Origin: Schmidtea polychroa
Taxonomy: Eukaryota
Assembly (NCBI GenBank): GCA_044892525.1
Contig: CM097885.1
Location: 189,100,001-189,164,000, forward strand
Direction of reading: 5' to 3'
Length of the DNA stretch: 64,000 nucleotides
Shown: positions 20,608-34,392 of the stretch, one piece after another
Layout of the letters: each line of letters opens with the position of its first letter
Position numbering within the stretch: the stretch's first letter is position 1
The notes under the pieces: generated by a model
Seen by the model: only the letters and a program-made list of their open reading frames with translations
The model's database searches: none
What the model was told of the DNA's origin: nothing
Made by a program: the position numbers and the translations under genes

Positions 20608-22999
20608 AACTAGTTACAAAAAACTTAACTTGTTTGTTAATTTATTTCTCAATTTGTAAATTACGAAACTTGGTCTCAGTTTTCAGTAATAGTGAATTTT
20701 ATGCATTGGTGATAAGTTTGTTTTCTGTATAAAGTAATTATTAAGTAAAGTAAACAGATTTTAACTTTGGATTTAAATTATTTTGTTGTTCTTTTTGTTG
20801 AGGTTATAAAAAATTAAAAATAAAATAAAATTATATTCGCATTGAGAGAGGTACAAGACTAGTCAAGAAGAGAAGTGACAATGCGAAGAAATAAAATATC
20901 CAAAGACAGCCCATAAAGTATGATGTAGCCAACTGATGAAAACACCTTGGGGAATACCACTAGCAGCTCCTCGTTTGAGTTCAGAAGTTAGTCGAGTGGA
21001 GCGAGGAATTTGGTCCTTCAGTAGATTGGCCTGGCGGAATTTAAGGGTGTAATGCAGTCGGCTCTTATGCTAAATTATACCATAATTCCAATGGGTTGAG
21101 TTTTCATTTGGAAGCCACAGCATAGTTAGAAACTTGTAATTGTTTGGAATCCAGGGGGACAAATATGGACAGATCTGTTCACCAGAGTCCCGAACAGTGG
21201 ATGGGGAAAATCCATGAAGGTGGAAAACCTGGATGACCGTCAGGTCGGCCAGGCAGAGAAAACTCAGTGATTAACCCTTCTAGAACTTTTGCGTCACGTG
21301 TGTTATCTGAGTTCTAGAGAGTGGTAGGAATAAACTAAAACATCTACGGTAAATAGAATTTAGAAAATGACTGTCTCAGACAAATAGTAATAAGATTCCA
21401 CTTAGGTCAGAATTCGAAATATAGCAGATCCCAACTCAAATTTTTCAAAGAGAACACTCTAATAACATCAATAATTGTAGGAAATCTAGGACAGAATTTA
21501 TAAAATTTGAAATAAGGGAACATTCCTGTGAAAATTTTCGTAAGTAACGTTGAATAACATCAAATAATGAGTACCATAATTAATTAAAGGAAGAACAATA
21601 ATTTAAGAAAGGGATAGACAATGAAAAGTGATGTAAGACCTTCCATCAGTAGTTCAGGATTCGAAAAGAAAAGACAATGAGGATTAGTTCTAGCATTAGA
21701 GCAGACCTGCTCATTGATTTTCAGCCACTGTGTACATTATTAACATGGTTGTTGCCATGGGCACACAGATGGGTAAAAGTAAATATCATGAAGGCGTTTA
21801 GAGAAGAGTCAATGACAAATCAATAAAAACCCTAGAAAATTTAAATGACCACCCTCCCCAAGCGCCAAAAGTATACTAGTTTTTTAAAATGTCTCATTAA
21901 TGTCTTCAATTCACATTCAAGTTTTCAAAAGCACATGTAGCATTAAAGAAGGAGTAGTTTAAACGTTGCCCACTGCACTACTTGATATTTACAATTCTAT
22001 GTGCAATTGAATTTCATTTTCACTTAATAACTATTAACAATAACGTGTTTTTGTTTGGCTTTTCCGGTTTATTAAAAAGCAATCTTCATTATTATAATTT
22101 GTGTTTTAATTAAAGTTTAAATTGTTATTTACATTTCACACATTATATTAGTTTTTTAATTTTTTAGTTTTCGGCACCGCGAAACATTTGAGGTTTTCAA
22201 TACACTACTAAAAATATTTACATTGAGTCAAGTATTACACTTCATGAAATTAAAAAATTTACATAGTTAAATTGTACATAGAATTTAATTTAATTTTAAA
22301 ATAAAAAGTTGATTTTTTAATCTATTTTTATATATTGTTTTATGACGAATAAAATAATTTATAAATAAAAATTTTATAATATATTTACGTTTGAATGAAA
22401 AATAAAGTCAAATATTAGATTTGACGTTTACTAACTCAATAACGAAACAATTATATATTTTATTTTGTTTAAAACGTCTATCGAGAATATAAATTTCAAA
22501 TGTAATTAACGAATTTAAATTGTACAAATCTATTTGAAACAGTAAGAATTATAGTTTTAATTTACTAATTTTACATGTTTTATGAATATTTAATCAAATA
22601 AATGGAAAATCAGTATTTTAAAATTTATATTTCCCATAAAATATTTATCAAGTCGTCATTATTTTTATTTTTAGTTAACTAAAAGTGTGATTATAAAGTC
22701 ATCTGAAATGTATAAATATTTATATTTTCTACTGAAATTCACAATATAAATGTTAATCTTAAAGGTAAAAATATTTCTAGGTATATTAGTAAAATTTTAT
22801 ATACAATATTTGCTATATCTATGGTTAAACGAATATAAATTATGTACAATAGTTAAGGTTCTATACTCAATATTTGATTTTAATATTTAGGATATTCTAT
22901 TAATGAAAGATTTTTTAAATAAGTGTAAACAAAATTGTACAACTCCATCATAAGATTCCATACATTTTTAAAATTAAATTTTTTCATTTCAACATAATT

Positions 23000-23430
23000 A
23001 CACTTAGGCGTTTTTAATTCTGACGGCATTCGTTTTTAAAGATACCGTCGAATTGTGATGTGATGGATTAACGAAAAAGGTCATTTGCTTTTAAAAGTAG
23101 GGATCTAGTTTGATTTTCTTTAAATATAAAATGTCTTTTCAGTGATAGTTTTTTCATGACAATCTTCAATCCATATAATTAGACAATTTTATGTTCTAAC
23201 TAATAAATTGTATTTTGACTCGAGTAGTTGGATTTATACTGTTTAATGATCCAATGCAAATCATTTTTCGTATTTTATCTTCCATCATTTGAATACTACA
23301 AATTGTAGACATACTCATATTCCATTTTTTAGATATTTTATAAATTTTTAGTTGCATTTTATCCAAAATTTATGCTTTTTGTTTCAGCGAAATGCATTTC
23401 CGTGTCAGTTTATCATTGGACATATTATAC
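23000..23430 (-). pseudogene. pogo/Tigger (CENP-B-like HTH) transposase N-terminal relic
   Basis: MSNDKLTRKCISLKQKA*ILDKM...MSMSTICSI...KIRK and LIIWIEDCHEK; multiple lesions. Confidence 0.55.
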
Positions 23431-24334
23431 AAGGCTAAAAAATAAAAATAATTTGATCATTTTCTTTTACAGTTTGCACAGATAAAAATATTATAATAAC
23501 ATTTATAAACATGAAGTATTGAAATCTAAATCAAAGAAATCGATTTTCCCAATGATTATTATATATACACAAGTCTTGCATTTACATTTTGAAATAAACA
23601 ATTAGCTAAGTTTAGAAAGATTACATATTATTTTAAATATACTGAAATTTGAATTAAGGCTCTCAATACCGGACCATTTTCCTAGCTCCGGGATTAACGG
23701 ATAAAAAAATAGACTCACATTTTTTTATTCAATTATTTTTTCACTAAAATTTTGATTATTAAAAAATTAACAATATCTAAGAGTCTGAGAATGATTAAAA
23801 ATCTTAGTTATTCTCTGACCTAAAGTAAGATCTTAAAAAACTCAATGTATCCAAGCTCAGGTCGTTCAATGATGATCAAATTTTGGTCTCAATTTTGCCA
23901 CATCCCGAGAAGTAGTAGCTAAAATGGGAATCCTAACACACCCACCCTAGGATTCACTCGGAAAAAAAACTCGTTTCACTCGTTTTTTTATTCTCGTTCA
24001 CCACTGGCCGGATGGGCTCGTTAGGATTCCCATTTTAGCTACTACTTGAAAATATTAATATTTTATCATTTTCATATTTTAATATTTTTATTATTGTTGG
24101 GTACCCAAGCTTTAACTATCTGAGAATAATAAAAATATATTTATATACATCATAATAATTTCATACATAATATTTCTAGAAATTATCTAGGTAGCCATGT
24201 ACTCGAGAATAATAAAATTGTTAAATTAATACTACATTAGATTAATGCATAATTAAATTAATCTTGATTCGAAGTTGAACCTTGTCAAATTCTATATTAT
24301 AAAAATAAAACCAAAATTTCTAAAAAAATAAAAA

Positions 24335-27300
24335 ATGGCATCTTCAAGAAACTTGGGTAGCCAAGACTTTTTTTGTGAAAGTTGTAATAAACAATTCAAA
24401 TCAGCGACAGCATTAATATCTCATAAAAATTCAAAATTTCATTTAAAGAAATTAAATTTATTAGATGATTGTAATTCCAAAATTTGTCCAAAATGTAAAC
24501 AAAGATATTTAAATCGAGGATATGAAAATCATTTTAAAAATTGTATTGGGATTGAAAGAATTCGAGAAACATTTCAATGTTTTAAATATCATGAAAGCTT
24601 TGAAACTTAAATAGAATTAAAAGAACATGCTGAAGAATGTCAAGATGAAGATGATGATCATGAATGGGATGAATTTAATCATACAGATGAATTTGGGAGA
24701 TGAGGAAATTGGAGCACAAGCAATTTCTTCTTACATTAGAAAAAATGAAAATGAAATAAAAGAATCCATGGAAAATGCTATAAAAAGATTTAAAGGTGTA
24801 AGATATAATATTATAAAATATAGAATTTGTATAAAAGCAAAATTTTGGCGAGGTGGAGATATAGATCAACAAAATCAAATAGATCCAAACTTTCTACATT
24901 TTAGAATTCAAATTAATTTCAAATATTTGTATTCCATGAGAGCATTTAAAAAAACACTTATAATAGAATTATAATAGAATTTCAAGAAAGTTAAGAACAA
25001 TCTGAACAAGAATTAGGAGAATCAAATTTAGTTTTCTTCTCTTCTAAAAATATAGAAATAGATTATTGGAAAGGAAATCCACCAATTCCAAATCTTGGAT
25101 TCCCACACCACAATCTTTGAAAAACTCAAAATATATTATAAATGTTAAAAATAAAGATAACAAGTTTTTTTATGGGCAATATTATCTGCTTTATATCCCC
25201 AAGAACAAATTCCTTGTAGAATTAATAAATATATACCACATGAACATGCAATTTTATTTTGGGATGGTTTTGAACATCCCATGAAAATGGAACACATTCC
25301 AAAATTTGAAAAATTAAATCAACTTAGAATTAATATTTATGAATTGGATGGAATCAAGGTTAAGCCAATTTATATTTCAGATCAAGATGAGAAATCTGAT
25401 AATGTAAGTTTTATAACAATAAATTTATTAATTCTAGAAGAGATTATGGAAGATGAATTAAACACTCACTTTGTTTGGATAAAAAAATTTCAGAAAGTTT
25501 TATCAGAAGAAAATCATCATCTCATCGTGTTCAAGGACATACTTGTGAAAAATGTACATATTATTCAACTTCTGATGCTGTAAGAATAAAACATGATAGA
25601 ATATGTAAAGATGGTGAACCAGCATTATTAAAAATGCCAAAAAATCTTGAAATGAAATTTAGAAATTATTCAAGTTTATTACGTCCCCATGCTTCAATAT
25701 ATGGAGATTTTGAAGCAATTAATATACCAAAAAATTTATACAGAGAATATGAAAAGATTATAATTAAAAAATATTTAATGAATGATTGGTGTAGATATCG
25801 TCGAGAGAATCAAAATCAAGGTTCAACTTTGAATCAAATTTCAATTGAAGAGAAAATAAAAAAATTTCTTGAAGGAAATGGTATACGATCAACAATAAGA
25901 TTAACTAGACAAGTTCCATCTGCATATCATTTATTTGTCAAAAGTAATTATCCAGAAATTATACAGGATCAACATTTATCACATCGAGGAACTTCTGCAG
26001 AGGATACTTTGAATCATTTTGTTCAAGATTTAAATTCTATAAAAGATGTTCTCAAGAAAAAAGTAGAAATTGATTTTAAAATGAATATATCGCGACAACA
26101 ATACCAAGAATATGAAGATTCTACAATTTCTTGGATATGTAAAAAAGGATTTATAGGTTATAAAAATATTGATAATCCAAAAGTTATAGATCATGATCAT
26201 TTTAAAAAATTTAATAATTTTCGAGGGGCAGCTCATAAAGATTGTAATTTGAAATGTAAAAAACCAAAATTTATACCAACTATATTTCATAATTTATTTG
26301 GATATGATATTCATCTATTTATAAAACATTTGGCAATTTATGCAACATGAATTTAAAGTTACTGCCTTAACAAAAGAGAAATATAAATGTGTAGAATATG
26401 GTTGTCTAAGATTTATAGATTCTCTAAATTTCTTTCCAATGAGTTTAGATGCAATATCAAAAACAATGTCAAGTCAAGATTTTAAATATACAATAAAACA
26501 TGTTTTGCAAAGACACAACATTCCAATTGAAGAATACAAAACATGTTTAGCAAAAGGAATATATTCATATGATTATATTGATTCATTTGAAAGATATAAT
26601 GAAACAGAATTACCACCACATGATGATTTTTATTCAATTTTATCTCAATCAAATACAACAGATGAAGAAGATGCTCGAGCTAGAAAAATGTGGCAATTAT
26701 TTAATTGTCAAAACATTGGAGAATATACTGATGTTTATCTAAGTCTTGATGTTTACATTCTTGCAGATTGTTTTGAAAAGTTTGTACAAGTATTCCCCCT
26801 AAAAGCATATAGTTATATAACTTCACCATCTCTATATTAGGATTCATTATTATATGAATTGTTTTCTGAAGATCAAATAATAATAAAATTATTATCAGAT
26901 GTCAACATGTTCAAAATGATTAGTAATAATATTCGAGGTGGAATTAGTTCTGGAATGGGAGAAAGATATCTACTTGCTTATACTGAAAATCTTGCTTATG
27001 AAATTTTAGATTTAAATAAAAATCCAGGAAAAATTGTTGAGATTAAAATTTAGAGGATTATCGAATAATAAATGAATGCATGATTAATCCATGTTATATT
27101 TTTTATATTGATGCAACTGCTTTATATTCGGGAATAATGACACAACATTTACCAATTTCTTCATTTGAATGGATTGAGGATATTAACCAAGGTTTGACTT
27201 TGAATCAAGATTCTCATTCAAATCAAGGTTTGACTTCAAACCAAGCTCTAATTAATTAAATATTAAATACTCCAAAAGATTCAGACGTAGGATATTTTCT

Positions 27301-28527
27301 AGAAGTTGATTTAGAATATCCAGATAGTATAAAATACAAAACACGACATTTTCCATTTGCTCCACTAAAAAGAAAAATACTCTTTCATGAATTATCTCCA
27401 TGGCAAAAACCCAAAACAAAACAATCCATTGGTGAAAAATTAATATGTGATCTAACACATTGAAAATATTATCTTTGTCATTAAAGATTATTGCAATTTT
27501 ATGTTAGACATGGAATAATAATTAACAAGGTTCATAGTATTATTAAATTCAAACAATTACCATTCATGAAAAAATATATAATAGGGAATATTAAGAAAAG
27601 AAATGAATGTAAAGCAGCAAAAGATGGATTTTGGGATACTTTATACAAATTAATGAACAATTCTGTATTTGGAAAAACAATGGAAAATGTTGACAAGTAT
27701 AGAAAGATTGAATTATTAACAAGTAGTAAAAAATATTTTGCAAGATATAATAGAATGTTAACAAAACCAACATTTAAAGGTGCACAAGTATTTTCAAAAA
27801 ATTTAGCAGCAATAGAAATAGGCAACTATGAAAAAACATAATAAACCAATATATATATATATATATATATAGGATTTAGTATTTTAGAATTGTCTAAATT
27901 ACAAATGTATGAAACATATTATGATGTATTATTACCATTTTTTGGTCCAAGAATAACATTACATGCAATGGATACAGATAGTATGTTTTTAAGAATTTAT
28001 TCAAGAAATGTATACAAAGAAATAAGTTCAAGTAAAATATTGAGAAATTTAATAAATTCATCTGGAGAATTATTTACTTTTAAAGATGAGAAAGTTGGTC
28101 TTGAAATACGAGGATTAGCATTTATTTGACCAAAACAATATGCTCTTTTAATGGTTAGACTTTATAGAGAGAGTGTTGAAATGATTGAAGAAAAAAGAAA
28201 TAAAGGAATTCAAAAATGTATTACTATTACATTTCAAGATTATGTAATTGTTTTGGGATTAGATTTCTGATAAAACAATTCATCAAATCACAACAATAAA
28301 ACATGATCTATATCTACAAGAATCACAAAAAGTTTCTCTAGATAATAATGATACAAAAAGATGGATTGCATCTAATGGAATTTATACTCTTCCATTTGGA
28401 AATGATAGAATTCCAATTATAAACAAGTTGAAAAAAATTAACAAAACATTCTCAACAAGTTGGACAGATGTTCAAATTATTAAAATGACACCAGAAGAAT
28501 ATCAAGAATTTCTTGAATTTATTTAAC
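24335..28527 (+). pseudogene. Protein-primed DNA polymerase B with N-terminal C2H2 finger, fragmented
   Basis: CESCNKQFKSATALISH; IYGDFEA; DHDH...FRGAAHKDCNL; FHNLFGYDIHLF; RFIDSL; KGIYSYDY; IRGGIS; KLMNNSVFGKTMEN; MDTDS; DTKRW...TLPFG; more than 10 frame breaks. Confidence 0.9.
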
Positions 28528-30044
28528 CTAAAGAAATGAATCCTAATATTGAACCTATTGAAAATAATTCAAGTGATGTTGAAAATGATTTTAATTATCT
28601 CAATAATAATCCTGAAACTAATCGAGGAAATAATTATGATTCTGATGATTATATTGTTTATAATAATTCTTATCTCGAGAATATTAATTCTGTTGACAAT
28701 AATGATGATAATAATTCTAATGATTCTTATTCTTATGATTCTGAAGATAATAATAATAATTCAAGATATTATGATGTTTCAGATCCAAGTGATTCTGATT
28801 AAACCATATTAAATCATAACAAGTTAGATTAAATTATATTCCATCATATTCCAACATATTCCAACATATTTTAATATATTCCATCAAATTTAATATACTC
28901 AAGAGAATTCCATTATATTTCTCCACGATGAAATCTAATGTTTATAAAATTAGATCCAACTAAATATAATAATGTATCTGATAATTTGATTAAATAATTA
29001 AAAAATTGATTAGATGACAAGAAATGATTACAAGAATGATTAAATATGAAGTTTCTTGATCAAATATCTTTATACTGAAACATCTTTGAATTCTTTCTTA
29101 TTTTACTTCTTTATATTTTCATATTCCATCTTTAAATTTTCAACATCTTCAGACAAACAATCAAATTGATCATGTAATATTCCAACTAGATTATTCATCA
29201 TCTTAATTGTGGGAACAATTTCTTCTTGCATTTTTTTTATTATTATATGTTTATTCAAAATTAAATTTTGTTTACTAATCTCCACTCAAATCAAGAGATG
29301 AATCTTCAATCAAAATATCAACTTGTTTCTCCATTACATTTTGATTTGCAAGGTAAAGTTTTTTCTCAATTAAATCACGTTGTTGAATTAAATATTTTCG
29401 AGTTTCCTTTTGAGTTTCCATTCCAATTTCCATTTTTATATATTTTATTTTTTTAATATTAAAAATGTCAACTATTAATTTACGACATTCATTAGTTAAT
29501 GGAACTGTTAATAGACTTGTAGATTTATATAAACTTGTTGATGATTTAATATTAAAAAATAATGAAAATATTGATTATTTTGAAGAAAGAAATAAAGAAA
29601 ATCTTTCATCCTTTTTTTCATCCTTTTCTCTTCCCATAGTTGAAGGTGAAGTACCAATCATTTTACAAATTTGAGGTTGTCTAAGGTTAGGATTTTCACT
29701 TTTTATTTTTGTGAATTCTACAATTTTTCTACAATACTTATTTGATCCATTTTATTTAAAAATTCATCCATTTTTATGTGATATTTATAAAAAAAAATAA
29801 AGGGCATGAAATTTCCCCCATTTTTATACTTTTTTACTTTCATACTTTTAATTATTCTTTAACCATTTCTTTCGTGCATCTTTTTTTGAAAATCCTTGGG
29901 TTATTACATTTGCATTTTTTAACTTGTTAACTTGATCTTTTATCTCTTGAATTATTTGATTGGATTTTAAAATTTCATCATTCGTCAAGACTCCATCGTC
30001 CATGGCTTTTAATTGAAATAAAAACAATTTTGATATTCCTACAT

Positions 30045-30482
30045 CTATTGTTGAACAAACTTCACGATATAAACTTTTCTTTTTGCAGTGTATGATATAG
30101 ACACAACTTCAGTCAAGAATAAATCTCCTGCTGAAATACTCACAAGAATTATTGGTACAAGTGTTAGTACTGGTAAAGTTGCAGGTAATATAATTGTTAA
30201 TATTGTTGTTGCAAAACCCAAAGAACAACCAACAATCTTTAAACAAGTATCATCTCTATTCCATCTACTTTTAATTTTTTTATGTTTTAATAAATCTAAT
30301 AAATGAGGTTTTTCATATTTGAATTCTTTTAATCTCATAACTTCTAATTCACTAGGTGCTGTATCTCCTTTTGAATCACAAGTCCCTTGTAATTCAAAAG
30401 GTGATTGTATATTATATCTCAATTCTGGGTAAATTTTATCTTCTTTGACCTCCTTTTCTTTTTTATATATTTTAATTTCCAA
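30045..30482 (-). CDS. Polinton accessory membrane protein (two hydrophobic segments), possibly truncated
   Basis: KKIKSRWNRDDTCLKIVGCSLGFATTILTIILPATLPVLTLVPIILVSISAG; lies inside the Polinton TIRs. Confidence 0.45.
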   Translation of the reverse strand: MEIKIYKKEKEVKEDKIYPELRYNIQSPFELQGTCDSKGDTAPSELEVMRLKEFKYEKPHLLDLLKHKKIKSRWNRDDTCLKIVGCSLGFATTILTIILPATLPVLTLVPIILVSISAGDLFLTEVVSISYTAKRKVYIVKFVQQ

Positions 30483-30509
30483 TTCAAAGAATTAAGATTT
30501 ATTAAAAAC

Positions 30510-31530
30510 AAGATTTAAATCAAGACTTTACTGTGCGGTATCAACACTCGTATATTGTCAGGTTGAACCTGTAGAGTATTCCAAGTGTATTATTGTCTTG
30601 GCATGTTTGAATATAATTTATATATGGGAATATATTTTCATTGTTTTCTATATTAAACTCCATTCTATTTACTGGATTCAATGAAAAGATGGATCTATTT
30701 CTTTGAATCCAATTAAAATATATCTTGGTCGATATGCTAAATTTGCTACCTTTACTGAGTATGTTGAACCTTCTCTCATGTCAAATACACTACAGATTCT
30801 ATTTAAATAATTAACATTTATAGATTTGTTGGAATTTAATCTTTCAAGTAATTTAATTTCAGCGTGTGGATTTAATGTCCATTCGGGTATATGTAATTCA
30901 ATTGTTGTTAATTTTAATTTACCTTTTGTATCCTTGTCTCCATAAAATAACACTTTATCATCTATTACTCTATTACAAAGTAATTCTATGAAAACATTAT
31001 GGAGTATACGATTATAGTTTTGAAGGAATCCGAATAAATATTTCAATTCGAAATAACCTTCACATTTTTTAGATTTATAAAGTTGAACTCGTTTATGATA
31101 ACCATAATTTATATCTAAGCCATCTTTATCTAAATCATCTTTGTTAACATCAGGGATCCAACCTGTTAATTAACCATATTCATTTTTGCAATCACAACCA
31201 GTCAAAATAAAATTTAACATTGTAGAATATACACCTGGATCCAAAATATTTTCAACTTCTGAGGGTCCTAATTTTAATCTCATGTTGGAGAATAAATTTG
31301 GGAAGAAATTATTTTCTAGGGTTATATCTTTGTTTGCTTCAATCTCTAATTCAATTTTGTAATATAATTTTGCATTACAAATATCTATAGGGTTTGATGT
31401 TTGAAGAGATTGAAAAACTATATTACCTCCACGATTTAAATTTGAAATGCAACCAGAGGTTGGACAAATTTTAAGTACATCATTTTTCTTAATTTCATGA
31501 ATAAACTGTTTATTATAATCAAGATTTAAT
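30510..31530 (-). pseudogene. Polinton major capsid protein (double jelly-roll) remnant
   Basis: CPTSGCISNLNRGGNIVF...LENNFFPNLFSNMRLKLGPSEVENILDPG; LKLTTIELHIPEW...RPRYILIGF. Confidence 0.65.
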
Positions 31531-34021
31531 TAATTTTTTTCTGAAATCTCGAGATTTATATAGTTCATTTTTATAATAGAATTTTTAGATTTTAATAATA
31601 TAGAATTTAGCAAGCTTATAATCTTGGGTATTAGTAAATTTACTAATGACCAAATTATTGAAATATTATTTCTTGGGTACCCACCAATATATTAAATTAT
31701 TAAAATTATTGTTTGTTGAATTTGAAATATATATCTATGTGGGAATTTACAATAATATTTTTTATTTTATTTTCTTGGGTACCTAAATCTTGGGTACCCA
31801 ACAATAATAAAAAAATATTAAAATATTATTTTATAAAATTATTATACATGTAGAATTTGTGGTATTTATAAACATCAACTTTTTTTTTATTTTTATTTCT
31901 TGGGTACCTAAATCTTGGATACCCAAAAATAATAAAAAATAAAATATTAAAATGATAAAATATTAAATTATTAAAATGATAATATTTTCAAGTAGTAGCT
32001 AAAATGGGAATCCTAACGAGCCCATCCGGCCAGTGGTGAACGAGAATAAAAAAACGAGTGAAACGAGTTTTTTTTCCGAGTGAATCCTAGGGTGGGTGTG
32101 TTAGGATTCCCATTTTAGCTACTACTCCGAGAAAACCCACTCAGATTCCACGCTAGCTAGTGGAATATAATTAAAATCGTCATAGCAACTTGCGAGGTTC
32201 GGACCTCGCTTTCCGTCAATTTCGAAATTTAGTAGCTCCTTTTTAATAATACTTGTAATATCTTTCAATGTTCGTGTTTTTGGAGTGATTTTAGCATTGA
32301 TTTCGTCGTTGATAGCGCGATCAAGTTTTTCTTGTAGAGAAAGTGGCAATTCTACTTCCACAATGGCTTCATCTTCTGCATCTGATTCAGATGACGAAAT
32401 ATTCTCAGGGGCCTTGACCAAGCTAGTGATCATGATGCTGATCGACGTTTTGTTCATACGTCTAAAGTTAAAGAGCAGCTCAAAATTAGATTCTTGCTCA
32501 ATGCAGCCTTGGTTGCCCTTGTGGAGATACTGCAACAAACGAGATACCTCAGTCCGCCGCTCGTTTATACGACGGCAAAGAGATTCTTTCATTCGCTTAA
32601 CCAAATCACTGCTGCCTAAGTTGTTGATCATAAAATAAATTGTTGTGTCAGCGGATAGAAGCGTTGCGTCGCGACGACAAAACGACTCACATGCAAATTT
32701 TACGGGTTCAAGTGTTTCGACAAAATTACAAATCACGTTTAATTCATCCCCTTCAAATGACACAATTGAGCCGATATTGATCAGTATTTCAAAACAGTAT
32801 TTCAAAATCGTTGCAACATGAAAAATAGGCTGTTCCACCGTGTCTTAACATCGATCATTAGCATCATTTCTCTGCCAAATTGCTCTTTCATGTGTTTCTG
32901 CAGAATATCGTTTTTTGTCGGTGATTTGCGAAACAATTTTACAACAGTTCTTACTTTTTGGATCAATGGATGTAGGTTGTCAGCAAGCTCCAGCTCGACT
33001 TCTTGACCCACAATTTGAAATCCTTCATCTTTATCTTCATCATCTGATTCACTGTCAGTGTCAGGCTTGTGAGCAGACTCAGCACTATCTCCAGCTGCTT
33101 CTTTCGAATCAGATTTGGGTTTCTTGTAAAGGACATCCAAGACTGCTAGATGCACGGCATGGGCTAAGCAAAGTTGCTGCAAACAACCAAGCAGTTTTCG
33201 CACTTTTTGCTTAACAGCAACACCGTCCGTCGTAATACACACGATATCTTTGTGTAAATTTAATCCAAACAACTGTAATCTTTCCTCAAGGAGTTTGACG
33301 CAGCTCACTGCTGGCAATGATCTATGCACTCTGTCCAACCCCAAGTTCCAGAACTTATTCTTAATCTGCGCATTGACGTTCAGGTAACGACGGTTTGTAA
33401 TAGAAGTCCATTCGTCGAAAGTAAGACTGAAACGTTTGCCTATAGCATTCAATTTTTGCAATTCAGTTTTATATTTTTGTCGATTTCATGACCATGTCTC
33501 GTATTGTCGCTACAGATTTTGGCATATCAAACCCACGAGCCAAGAGTGATTTGCGTAACTCGATTGACGTGATGAAAATGCTGAACGGTAGTCTGTCACC
33601 TGCTGTCATACGGGCCAATACAGGTTAGAGAGTTGTCACTATATGCGAGATATTTTGTGATGAAACCGGCATTTGTTGGATTTCCCAAATTGATTCGCTT
33701 TGCTGGATATTCTGTATTTTCTGATGAGGTCCTTTTCACCTGCATATTGGGGAATAGGATGGAGCGCATTTATGACAAATGCTTATGGAGACCACTTGTT
33801 GATTTTCCAGCCGTCTTCAGTATCTTGCTACATATTTTGCATTTGCCAAAGTCTCCTGATGTTTCACGTAAAAAGTGCTCCCAAATTGGTGTTTTTTCAA
33901 TCGTAGTTTGGTTGCACTCGTGGAAAATGAATATTTTATTTTCAGACATGGCTGTGAAACAAAAAAATTTAATTAATAAAAAGCACTTTTATCAAATTTA
34001 CATTACACTATTATTATAAGA

Positions 34022-34392
34022 TTGCCAGTTATTTCTTCCAAATTATGCTGCCTACAATAATGCATATAATATAATATATTTTATTGATTTGATATGATAT
34101 GATGTTTTATTATAACATTTGCCAGTTATTTCTTCCAAATAATGCAGCCTACAATAATGCATATAATATAATATATTTTATTGATTTGATATGATATGAT
34201 GTTTTATTATAACATTTGCCAGTTATTTCTTCCAAATAATGCAGCCTACAATAATGCATATAATATAATATATTTTATTGATTTGATATGATATGATGTT
34301 TTATTATAACATTTGCCAGTTATTTCTTCCAAATAATGCAGCATACAATAATGCATATAATATAATATATATTTTATTGATTTGATATGATG
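34022..34392. repeat. Tandem repeat, 97-bp unit x ~3.8
   Basis: TTGCCAGTTATTTCTTCCAAA... recurs at 34022, 34119, 34216 and 34313. Confidence 0.95.

Larger units (their letters stand above)
23911..32126 (+). mobile_element. Polinton/Maverick deletion derivative (8216 bp) with 146-bp identical TIRs and 6-bp TSD CCGAGA
   Basis: AGTAGTAG termini; CCGAGA at 23905-23910 and 32127-32132; pPolB and MCP remnants inside; no integrase, ATPase or protease recognised. Confidence 0.95.

Noticed and set aside
28536-28812. Asn/Asp-rich ORF and overlapping Ile-rich ORF in the Polinton
   Set aside because: Low-complexity AAT-type sequence; product cannot be assigned
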